DNA of 62,839 nt from Chlamydiota bacterium (lineage in GTDB: Bacteria; Chlamydiota; Chlamydiia; Chlamydiales; SM23-39): positions 1 through 62,839 of the forward strand of contig JBCAXK010000005.1 in the NCBI GenBank assembly GCA_038534095.1. Direction: 5' to 3'. Each line of letters begins with the position of its first letter. The first letter of the stretch is position 1. Shown in pieces: positions 35,552 to 44,499 of this stretch. The position numbers and the translations under genes were made by a program. Under the pieces are notes generated by a model. It saw only the letters and a program-made list of their open reading frames with translations, was not told the origin of the DNA and made no database searches.

Positions 35552-35932
35552 TTACGAAGAAGGGGGATCTTCACCTTCTTCTATTTCATGATTCAGGTCT
35601 TCTTCCCGCTCTGGTTCTGGCACACTTGAGCCGCCAAAGAACTCGCGAAAAAATACATAACACCCTCCAGTAACGAGGAGGAGAGGCATATACCAAGGGG
35701 AAGAGAATTTGAAGGCTTCTATCACAAAAATCCCTATGAAGATGACAAGAGAAACAGCCATGTCAAAATAGCTGGCAAGAAGGTACTGCCTAGCAGCGAT
35801 AGAAATCCCTAAGACAAGAGCGATGCCGGGCCACCAGGCGCGCAATATGAATAAAAGGGCTACTCCTACCACAAATAAAGCAAAAGCAATCGCGTGGGCT
35901 TTTTTTCTCGATGTAATTTGGTGTGTCATCAT
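35552..35932 (-). CDS. hypothetical small membrane protein with acidic tail
   Basis: The 126-aa product has four hydrophobic helices and the C-terminal tail EPEREEDLNHEIEEGEDPP. Its start lies 4 nt after the uvrA stop on the same strand. Confidence 0.6.
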   Translation of the reverse strand: MMTHQITSRKKAHAIAFALFVVGVALLFILRAWWPGIALVLGISIAARQYLLASYFDMAVSLVIFIGIFVIEAFKFSSPWYMPLLLVTGGCYVFFREFFGGSSVPEPEREEDLNHEIEEGEDPPSS

Positions 35933-35936
35933 CTAC

Positions 35937-38900
35937 CTAACATAAATATCTACCGGTGACCGATTGTTTTATACGGGATACCTCTTCAGGGGTTCCTGTT
36001 GCAACAACAGAACCTCCGCTAGCTCCAGGACCAGGCCCTATATCTACAATGTAGTCGGCTGTGTTGATAAAATCAACTGTATGCTCAATGACAACCAGAG
36101 TATTTTTTTTATCTACAAGTTTCTGGAAGATCGGAATCAATTTTTGTATATCGTCGGGATGAAGACCAGTTGTGGGCTCATCGATAAGATACAAAGTTTT
36201 TCCTGTTGCTCTCTTGCTCAGCTCCTTGGCAAGGCGTATACGGGCCGTTTCCCCTCCAGAAAGTTCTGTAATTTGCTGCCCCAAAAGGAGGTAGCCCAAA
36301 CCCACCTCTTGTAGGATACGCAGTTTTTTCACAATAGTGGGTATGTCTACAAAAAAATCGGTGGCTTGATCGACGCTCATGCCAAGGACATGACCTAGAT
36401 GTTGGTTTTTGTACAAGACCTCTAATGCTTTTGGATTGAGTTTGTACCCGTGACAGCTATCACAAGGAACGCGCACCGAAGGGAGGAACTGTAAATCGAT
36501 CGTTTTGTAACCAAGTCCGTAACAGGTCTTGCATACCCCTTTTTTGTGATGATAGCTAAAATGGTAAGGGAACAGTCCTTTGCTACGCGCTATTTTTAAG
36601 GAGGCGTAAAAAGAGCGTAGCGGCGTGAGAGCGTCGCTATAAGAGGCAACGTCCGACTTCGAAGAGACCTTGAACACATTTTGATCAATTGTAATCAGCT
36701 TATCAAACTGCGATAGGCCTTCCACCTCGTAGTCATCGGTTTTGATCCGGTCTTTTTTTTCTTTCAACGCTCTTGAGAGCGCTGGCTTCAATACGTGGTG
36801 TAAAAGAGAAGTTTTTCCCGATCCAGAAACGCCTGTAATGCACGTGAAGGTATGCTTAGGCAGGCTCAGTGAGATGTTTTGTAAATTATGCACTCGCGCT
36901 TGGCGGATCTCAATCGCCATCTTAGGGGGGCGCCTCTTTTTAGGGATAGGGATGGTTTTTTTTCCGCTTAAGTAGGCCCCAGTCAGAGAATTTGGATCTT
37001 TTTTAATCTCCTCTAAGGTCCCTTTGGCCGTGATTTTTCCTCCTAAATGCCCTGCTCCTGGGCCAAAATCGACGATGGTATCGGCAATTTTTAAGGTCAT
37101 AGGATCGTGCTCGACCACAATGAGCGTGTTGCCTAAAGATTGCAATTTTTTTAACGCTTGATTGAGCAAGTGATTGTTATGAGGGTGCAGGCCAATTGTT
37201 GGCTCATCAAGAACATAGAGACAAGAGGTGAGGCCTGATCCTAACTGCCTAGCTAGGCGGATTCTTTGGAGTTCTCCTCCAGATAGGGAGGGCGCTGTAC
37301 GATTTAAGGAGAGGTATCCAAGACCGATTTCTTCTAGAAAATGGAATTTTTTTTGAATGTCTTCAAAGGTTTCAAGTAAAAATGGGGGAACCTTTTTCTC
37401 CATGTTCTGTAAAAATGTGACACAATCAGAAATGGGCAACTCGCAAAATTCGGGAAGAGTCTTTCCCTCTACCTGGACGTTTCTTGCCAAAGGATTGAGC
37501 CTTGTTCCTTCACAAGCAGGGCAGGTTAAGTCGTGCATGAAAGGTACGAGTTTGTCTTTGACAGGCTTTGTTGCGTATTTTGCAGCAAACGCTAACATCG
37601 TTTCTAAACCTTTCCAATAAATGGACACGTCTCCCTCGCTATATCGCTTAGTAGAGCCTTGCAAGAATGTTTGGCGCTCTGAAGGAGTGAGCCGCGCAAT
37701 ACGGCAGTAGGGATTGATGCCGATGTGAAGAAAATAGCTTTCGAGTAGCTCAAGGATTCTATAATTATGGATGATGAATTCTTCCAAGAGATCCATAATT
37801 GATAATGTCTCAATGTCCGCCTCTTCAAGAATACTGCACCCATACACCGATCCAATGCCTTGACAGTCGGGGCACATCCCCTCTTGCGCATTGAACGAAA
37901 AGGTTTGCGGCGTGATTTTTGGGTAGGATTTGCCTGTTTTCGGATCGGCAAAAGCAAGATTGAAAAAAAGATCCTTTTTCTCAAGAGCTACTGTGAGCAT
38001 ATTGTCTGATAGGGAAGCTGCTTGATCAATCGCTTCGATCAGCCGTTTTTTTTGGTCTTCTTTGATGATCAAACGATCAACTACGAGAAAAAGGTTATTT
38101 TTTTTGTTAGGAGAAAACGGGATCTCCTGATCGACTTCGTAGTACGTGCCATTGAGACGAATGCGGATAAATCCTTCCCGCTGCATCCGCTCCAAAAAGT
38201 GGGGAAATGTCTCACCCCGGTCCATAGCTTTGGCAGAAAGTACGTGGATTTTTGCTTCTGGATACTGCTTGATGAGGGTATCTGCGACAAATTCCTTATG
38301 AATGGTTTCGATTTTATTTCCCGTTTCGGGCGCATGCGCTATCCCCATATGGGAAAAAAGCAATCGCAGAAGATCGTAAATTTCGGTTAAGGTGCCGATT
38401 GTGGAACGCGGGTTGACCGCAGATTTGGTTTGTTCAATGGCGATTGCGGGGAAAAGATGGTCAATGGTTCCCACCTTCGGTTTTTGCGGAGGGTGCACAA
38501 GGCTTTTTGCGTAGGTGCTTAAGGATTCTACGTACCTTCTTTGCCCTTCTGCGTAAATCGTATCAAAGGCTAGGGAGGTTTTTCCTGAACCCGATGGGCC
38601 ACTAAATGCGATGATTTCCCCAGGCGTTAGGGTAAGATCCACACTTTTTAGATTGTTTTGCTCAGCCCCCTTGATCACAATGGGAAGCTGTTTGGTTTCA
38701 GGAACAAAAGAAGAGGTGTGCTGAGGCGGGCCCTCACTTAGCGCTCTTCCTGTGGGGGTGTCTAAACGTTTGATCTGCTCAACCGTGCCTTCTCCCATAA
38801 GAAGCCCCCCATTGATCCCCGCTTTAGGCCCTAGGTCAATGATCCAATCTGCTGTTTTGATGAAATCCATATTGTGCTCAATCACCAAAACGGTGTTGCC

Positions 38901-41537
38901 CTTATCGACAAGAGTATGGAGAACATAGAGGAGATTTGAGAGGTCGTGAAGGTGCAATCCTGTTGTGGGCTCATCGAGGATGTAGAGCGTCTTTCCTGTG
39001 TCGGGGCGAATCAGCTCTTTTGTGAGTTTGATCCTTTGCGCTTCCCCTCCCGATAGCGTAGGAGAGCTTTGCCCTAGCTTCATGTAGCCTAAGCCCACTT
39101 TATCGAGCAAATCGAGTTTTTTTGCAATATTTGCTAAGTTTTTGAAATGTTCTTTTGCTTCAGAAACGCTCATTTCAAGCACTTCATGGATATTTTTTCC
39201 CGCGTATTTTACCGATAGGACGATAGGTTCAAAACGTTTTTTTTTGCAAAGACTGCAGGGGATCCAAACATCTTCCATGAAGTCCATATCGAGCTTGATG
39301 TGTCCTGAACCTAAACAGCTTGGACAAGAGCCTTCTCGCATATTGAAACTAAAATGCCCTTTCTTGAGTCCCCGAATTTGGCTTTCTTTTAACGAGGCGT
39401 AAAGATCCCTGATGAGATCGAAGAGTTTGATGTAGGTCGCAGGGTTAGATCTAGGGGTTCTTCCTATCGGAGATTGATCGATTTCAATCACCTTATCGAT
39501 GGTATCGAGCCCTTCTAAAGAGGCGTGCGCTCCTACAGGGAGCTGCGCTTTGTGAAAATGATTGGCAAGAGCTGGGTATAGAGTATCTGCAATCAAAGAA
39601 GATTTTCCCGATCCTGAAACCCCGGTGACGCAGACGAGACCTCCCAAAGGAATCGACACATCAATGGCGCGTAAATTGTGGTGTTTTGCTCCCCGAATCG
39701 TGAGTCCAGGACGTAGTTTTCTCGCATTTTTTGCAAAAGGGAGGGTTTTTCTTCCCGAAAGATAACTGCCTGTTAGAGATCGGGGATGGTTGCAAAGGTC
39801 GGAAAAACTCCCTTGCATCACGATTTCCCCTCCTAAAATGCCTGCGAAAGGACCCACATCTACTACGTGATCTGCCGCAGCGATGGTGTCGGGATCATGT
39901 TCCACAACAAGGACGGTATTTCCCAAATCGCGCAAATGCTGCAAGCTTTGGATCAGCTTTTTATGGTCTGCAGGGTGGAGGCCAATCGAAGGCTCATCTA
40001 GGACGTAGGTCGCCCCCACAAGGCCTGATCCGATCTGTGAAGCGAGTCGTACCCTTTGCGCTTCTCCCCCAGAAAGGGTGGGAGATGTTCGATTGAGGCA
40101 CAGATAGTGTAGCCCTACTTGTAAAAGGAATCCCAGCCTTTTTTCAAGTTCTTTTAAAATTTCACCACCAATCGTTCTCTCTTCTTTGGTGAGCGGAAGA
40201 CTGAGAAAAAAATCGCTCAGCTTGTCTAGAGGCATTGAGGTAAGCTCCCCCATATTCTTGCCACCTAAAAGGCAAGCTCTTGGGTAAGGGCGCAATCGAT
40301 CTCCTTCGCAAGAAGAACAGACCGATCTTTCCATGAACTTTTCCATTCTTTTCCGGTAGGCACCAGACTGGGCTTTTAAAAAACGTTGTTTTGCGTCAAA
40401 TAAGACCCCTTGCCAATGGACAAATTCAGTAGAGCGATACGATTTTTTAGGGTGAGAAAAGCGCATTTTTGTCCATTTATTCTCCGTTCCATATAGGAGA
40501 ATCTGCTTCGCTTCTTTCGAGAGTGTTTTCCAAGCTGTTTTGGTAGAAAACTTGTACAGTTTTCCTAAATTCTCATACACATTTTTGTAGTAAATGGTGT
40601 CGTAAGAGCCCCCAACCAAAAAACATCCCTCTGCAATAGAGCGATCTGGATCGATGATTTTTTCCAAAGAAAATTCGAGACGGGTCCCTAAACCTTGACA
40701 ATCTTCGCACATACCTTTGGGATGATTGAACGAAAAATCGGAAGGCTCTAGAGCGGGATAGGAGATGCCCGAGGTTTTTGCGTACGCCGTTTCAGAATAG
40801 AGTCTTTCTTCCTCCGAGTCGGGAAAGTATAAAGAGCAGAGCCCCTTCCCTTGATCAAGAGCTGTGATCACCGACTCTTTGAGCCGGGAAAACTCGGAGC
40901 TTTGTAGTTTGATCCGGTCGACAACCACATCGATATCATGTTGTTTTTTCGCGTCAAGAGAAATAGGGGTGTTAAGATCGGTGAAGCTTCCGTCTAATCG
41001 GACGCGCAAGTACCCTTTTTGCGCTAGATCTTTCAGCTCTTCCCGAAAGCTTCCCCGCTTTTTCTGCGCAAAAGGGTAGAGAATGTAGACCATCGTCCCT
41101 TCTGGAATCTGTTTGATCATCTGAAAAATCCGCTCTCTACTAAGCGCGCTAATCGGCTCCTTGCTAACAGGGCAGTGGGGTTGACCAATTCTTGCAAATA
41201 GTACCCGAAGGTAGTCATAGATGCTCGTCATGGTCCCAACGGTTGATCTGGGAGAGCGTCCCGAGAGTTTTTGTTCAATAGCTATCGTTGGGGAAATGCC
41301 CGAAGCCGATTTCATTTCGGGTTTTCTAAGATCGCCTACGCCTTTGCGAGCAGCATGTGACAACGAGGCGAGGAACCTTCTTTGCCCCTCCACGTAGATC
41401 GTATCAAAAGCAAGCGAAGATTTTCCAGAACCAGAGACGCCTGTAAACACGATTAGTTGTTTTTTTTTAAGACTTAGGTCCACATTTTTTAAATTATGGA
41501 CACTCACTTTTTTTAACGTGATTTCATCTTGATTCAT
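35937..41537 (-). CDS. uvrA: excinuclease ABC subunit A, tandem-duplicated (double-length) form
   Basis: Two complete UvrA modules. GVSGSGKSSLAFDTIYVEGQRR is near the N-terminus and GPSGSGKTSLAFDTIYAEGQRR is near residue 975. Four LSGGE(A/L/T)(Q/A)R signatures and zinc-finger Cys pairs are present. Start taken at ATG 41537 (MNQDEITLKK); the ORF extends to TTG 41573. Confidence 0.93.
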   Translation of the reverse strand: MNQDEITLKKVSVHNLKNVDLSLKKKQLIVFTGVSGSGKSSLAFDTIYVEGQRRFLASLSHAARKGVGDLRKPEMKSASGISPTIAIEQKLSGRSPRSTVGTMTSIYDYLRVLFARIGQPHCPVSKEPISALSRERIFQMIKQIPEGTMVYILYPFAQKKRGSFREELKDLAQKGYLRVRLDGSFTDLNTPISLDAKKQHDIDVVVDRIKLQSSEFSRLKESVITALDQGKGLCSLYFPDSEEERLYSETAYAKTSGISYPALEPSDFSFNHPKGMCEDCQGLGTRLEFSLEKIIDPDRSIAEGCFLVGGSYDTIYYKNVYENLGKLYKFSTKTAWKTLSKEAKQILLYGTENKWTKMRFSHPKKSYRSTEFVHWQGVLFDAKQRFLKAQSGAYRKRMEKFMERSVCSSCEGDRLRPYPRACLLGGKNMGELTSMPLDKLSDFFLSLPLTKEERTIGGEILKELEKRLGFLLQVGLHYLCLNRTSPTLSGGEAQRVRLASQIGSGLVGATYVLDEPSIGLHPADHKKLIQSLQHLRDLGNTVLVVEHDPDTIAAADHVVDVGPFAGILGGEIVMQGSFSDLCNHPRSLTGSYLSGRKTLPFAKNARKLRPGLTIRGAKHHNLRAIDVSIPLGGLVCVTGVSGSGKSSLIADTLYPALANHFHKAQLPVGAHASLEGLDTIDKVIEIDQSPIGRTPRSNPATYIKLFDLIRDLYASLKESQIRGLKKGHFSFNMREGSCPSCLGSGHIKLDMDFMEDVWIPCSLCKKKRFEPIVLSVKYAGKNIHEVLEMSVSEAKEHFKNLANIAKKLDLLDKVGLGYMKLGQSSPTLSGGEAQRIKLTKELIRPDTGKTLYILDEPTTGLHLHDLSNLLYVLHTLVDKGNTVLVIEHNMDFIKTADWIIDLGPKAGINGGLLMGEGTVEQIKRLDTPTGRALSEGPPQHTSSFVPETKQLPIVIKGAEQNNLKSVDLTLTPGEIIAFSGPSGSGKTSLAFDTIYAEGQRRYVESLSTYAKSLVHPPQKPKVGTIDHLFPAIAIEQTKSAVNPRSTIGTLTEIYDLLRLLFSHMGIAHAPETGNKIETIHKEFVADTLIKQYPEAKIHVLSAKAMDRGETFPHFLERMQREGFIRIRLNGTYYEVDQEIPFSPNKKNNLFLVVDRLIIKEDQKKRLIEAIDQAASLSDNMLTVALEKKDLFFNLAFADPKTGKSYPKITPQTFSFNAQEGMCPDCQGIGSVYGCSILEEADIETLSIMDLLEEFIIHNYRILELLESYFLHIGINPYCRIARLTPSERQTFLQGSTKRYSEGDVSIYWKGLETMLAFAAKYATKPVKDKLVPFMHDLTCPACEGTRLNPLARNVQVEGKTLPEFCELPISDCVTFLQNMEKKVPPFLLETFEDIQKKFHFLEEIGLGYLSLNRTAPSLSGGELQRIRLARQLGSGLTSCLYVLDEPTIGLHPHNNHLLNQALKKLQSLGNTLIVVEHDPMTLKIADTIVDFGPGAGHLGGKITAKGTLEEIKKDPNSLTGAYLSGKKTIPIPKKRRPPKMAIEIRQARVHNLQNISLSLPKHTFTCITGVSGSGKTSLLHHVLKPALSRALKEKKDRIKTDDYEVEGLSQFDKLITIDQNVFKVSSKSDVASYSDALTPLRSFYASLKIARSKGLFPYHFSYHHKKGVCKTCYGLGYKTIDLQFLPSVRVPCDSCHGYKLNPKALEVLYKNQHLGHVLGMSVDQATDFFVDIPTIVKKLRILQEVGLGYLLLGQQITELSGGETARIRLAKELSKRATGKTLYLIDEPTTGLHPDDIQKLIPIFQKLVDKKNTLVVIEHTVDFINTADYIVDIGPGPGASGGSVVATGTPEEVSRIKQSVTGRYLC

Positions 41538-41706
41538 GAAAGAAATTATAAGCCCATCAAAAGCATTACTCAAGCTCTAACTTGCCCCTACTTACTTCTG
41601 CGGGAATATGCTCGAGTCTAATCGACAAAAGGAGAGATGGTTTCTAAAATATTGCTTGTGGGAGTTTTTTGTAAAAAAATTCTTTTCGTATGTTACGCTG
41701 AGAAAT

Positions 41707-43461
41707 ATGAAGCGAACAAAGATCATATGCACCCTTGGGCCGGCGGTAGACTCGCTTGAAAAAATTGAAGCTCTGATACGCGCTGGGATGAATATAGCTA
41801 GGTTCAATTTTAGCCACGGCGCTTATGAGGAACATAAAAAGCGGATCGAGTGGGTGAAAAAAGCCCGAGAATCTTTAGGGGTTGCTTGCGCCCTTATGCT
41901 CGATACAAAAGGGCCAGAAATCCGTGTAGGGATCCTTTTGGAAGACAAAATTGCGCTGCAAGCAGGCCAAAAGCTTTCTATTGTAGAAAAGGCATCTCGA
42001 GCAGACGAGATTCCTATCGATCCCATTAGCGTGATTGATTCGATCGAAGTCGGGATGACTCTCCTATTCAATGATGGTTACATTTCTTCACGCGTGATTG
42101 AAAAAACAGCAAATGGCTTAGTCATTCAAATGAATGACTCGGGAACGTTACTCTCTAGAAAAGGGATCAATGTGCCAGATGCTCATCTCAATTTACCCGC
42201 TTTAACAGATCGGGACGTTGAGGATTTGATTTTTGGTTGCAAGATGGATATAGATATGGTCGCAGCCTCCTTCATCCGCTCTTCTGAACATGTGCTTGCC
42301 ATCAAGCGCGTGTTGACGCTCCATCAAAAGCCAGATACCCTGGTGATTGCCAAAATCGAAAACCGGGAGGGGATTGAAAATTTCGATACCATTGTGCAAG
42401 TCTCCGACGGGATCATGGTAGCTCGGGGTGATTTAGGTGTGGAGCTCGATCCCAGCGTGGTTCCTAGGTTACAGAAAATGATGGTCCGTAAATGTTTTGA
42501 TGCTTGTAAACCTGTGACCATCGCTACGCAGATGCTAGAATCGATGATTGTTCATCCAAGGGCGACAAGAGCAGAAGTGTCTGATGTAGCAAACGCAATT
42601 TATGATGGGAGCTCATCGATCATGCTTTCAGCCGAATCGTCTGTGGGTAAATATCCGATTGAAGCTGTAACCCTTATGGGAAAGATTGCTTGTCAATCGG
42701 AAGAGGACTTCAACAATCGGGAATTTTATAAGCTACATTCGGGAAAAGAATTCCACCCCTCTTCGGTTGTAGCCTCTTCTGCTGTAAATACTGCCTACAC
42801 CGTGGGAGCTAAAGCCATTTTTGTATTCACAACTTCTGGCCTTACCGTCCGAGCTCTTTCCCGTTTTAAGCCAGAGATGCCCGTGATTGCTGTCACAGAC
42901 AATCAAAAAATTTTCCACCAAATGAGTTTTTTTTGGGGAGTGATCTCACTTCTTGCCCCTTCTTCTTCTTTTGCGAATTTCTTTGCATTAGCGAGCAAGT
43001 ACGCAACTCAAAAAGAGCTGATCCATTTTGGTGATTCGGTCGTTGTGATCGGCGGCTCAGAATTTGGCCTTCGGGGTTCTACCAATACAATGATTGTTGA
43101 AAACATAGGCAATATTCTTGTCCGAGGCGAAAAAGGTCAAGGAGCTCTTGTCAAGGGAACCATAAAAATCTTTGTCCAAAAACACCACGATACCAAGGAA
43201 GATCTTGCAAACTCGATTCTCGTTTTACCAAAATGCGATCCGTCCTACATTCCGCTCATGCGGGCCGCAAAAGGGGTGATTTTAGAAAATCATGTGGGGG
43301 ATTTGGCCTCTATGCAATATGGGATCGAGATGGCAAAAAGATACAAGCTTTCTTTAATCGTACGAGCAGAGAATGCGATGAGCATTTTGCAAGAAGGGGA
43401 AGAGGTGTTTATGGACCCAATTAAGGCAATTGTTTACAGAGATGAACAGCTAAAAAGTTAG
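41707..43461 (+). CDS. pyk: pyruvate kinase with C-terminal PEP-utilizer-like extension
   Basis: Contains MKRTKIICTLGPA, NFSHG and MVARGDLGVE, plus about 100 extra C-terminal aa resembling the Bacillus-type mobile domain. Confidence 0.93.
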   Translation: MKRTKIICTLGPAVDSLEKIEALIRAGMNIARFNFSHGAYEEHKKRIEWVKKARESLGVACALMLDTKGPEIRVGILLEDKIALQAGQKLSIVEKASRADEIPIDPISVIDSIEVGMTLLFNDGYISSRVIEKTANGLVIQMNDSGTLLSRKGINVPDAHLNLPALTDRDVEDLIFGCKMDIDMVAASFIRSSEHVLAIKRVLTLHQKPDTLVIAKIENREGIENFDTIVQVSDGIMVARGDLGVELDPSVVPRLQKMMVRKCFDACKPVTIATQMLESMIVHPRATRAEVSDVANAIYDGSSSIMLSAESSVGKYPIEAVTLMGKIACQSEEDFNNREFYKLHSGKEFHPSSVVASSAVNTAYTVGAKAIFVFTTSGLTVRALSRFKPEMPVIAVTDNQKIFHQMSFFWGVISLLAPSSSFANFFALASKYATQKELIHFGDSVVVIGGSEFGLRGSTNTMIVENIGNILVRGEKGQGALVKGTIKIFVQKHHDTKEDLANSILVLPKCDPSYIPLMRAAKGVILENHVGDLASMQYGIEMAKRYKLSLIVRAENAMSILQEGEEVFMDPIKAIVYRDEQLKS

Positions 43462-43803
43462 GTTTTGCGGATATCCTCTCCTTGACCTCCTAAACCACCT
43501 CTAAATCCGAATTCTTAAGAAAACAGAGTATTTATGGGTTTTTCAGGAGTATATGAGGTTATCTAAACAATGATACCAGAGCGTTTTAACTAAAAATTTT
43601 GGCTCTGAACGTTTGGTAGAAAATGTGACCTATCTAGTGGGAATGGTTGGTACGTTGCCATTCTTTCTCTTCATCAGTGTCATCCACGCTATTGCTTCTG
43701 CTATTTTTCATTATCCTATCCCTACTAGATTTACAGCAGGATGGAAACTGATTTGCAAGGAGACTATCCCGATTTAGGTTTCCATTTTCCTACGTAGGGA
43801 AGG

Positions 43804-44496
43804 TCAGTATGTACAGGTCGTTTTGTAATATTCCAAGAAAGCACTCGCTAGAATACCTGCAGTTTCTGCTCGGAGAGTAGTTAGGGCTAAAAGAGTGGGA
43901 CTTGCGCCGATTTTTTCTAGAAAAATCTCTTCATCATGAGAGAAGCCCTTTTCAGGACCTACATAGAAAATGGCGTTGCGTTTAGGATGGGGGGGATTTT
44001 GCGAAGAAGACCTTGGAGAGCCATAATAGAGCAGGCAATGTTCATGAGGAATTTCTTGCATACTCGGGAAAACTTGGATGTCAGGAAGAGTAAGCCTTCC
44101 CGACTGCTTTAAAGCGCTGATGGCAATTTTTTCTGCTCGAGGTAGGGAGAGTTTGGTTTTCTCTGAACGCCCTCCTCTGTAAAAAAAAAGGCGGTTGATG
44201 CCAATTTCCACCGATTTTTCGATCAAAGTCTCCAGACGGCTTTGCTTGATGATGGCAGCAGCTAATGTGGAGATGTAAAGGGCTTGCTCCTCATGAAGAA
44301 CCTCTTGCACCTCTACAGTGAGGGTATTTTTGGTGATCTCTTTGACGATCGCCTTTCCTAACGCCCCCTTTCCATTGACAAGAGATACGTTATCTCCTGT
44401 TTGTAATCGCAAAACCCGAGCGTGCCTATATTCATCATCGGTGAGTGTATAGAGCCCTTTTTTTAGCTCTAGATCTAGATAAAAACGGCGCGTCAT
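43804..44496 (-). CDS. rsmE: 16S rRNA (uracil1498-N3)-methyltransferase
   Basis: The 230-aa product has the RsmE-type N-terminus MTRRFYLD...DEYRHARVLRLQTGD and a C-terminal SPOUT-like region. Confidence 0.8.
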   Translation of the reverse strand: MTRRFYLDLELKKGLYTLTDDEYRHARVLRLQTGDNVSLVNGKGALGKAIVKEITKNTLTVEVQEVLHEEQALYISTLAAAIIKQSRLETLIEKSVEIGINRLFFYRGGRSEKTKLSLPRAEKIAISALKQSGRLTLPDIQVFPSMQEIPHEHCLLYYGSPRSSSQNPPHPKRNAIFYVGPEKGFSHDEEIFLEKIGASPTLLALTTLRAETAGILASAFLEYYKTTCTY

Positions 44497-44499
44497 CGG

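Noticed and set aside
41460-41468. Homopolymeric A/T runs of 8-9 nt inside uvrA (41460-41468, 39237-39245), pknD (28367-28375) and valS (24623-24630), considered as phase-variation switches
   Set aside because: Such runs are frequent throughout the window. They simply encode Lys or Phe runs in intact frames, and nothing suggests on/off switching.
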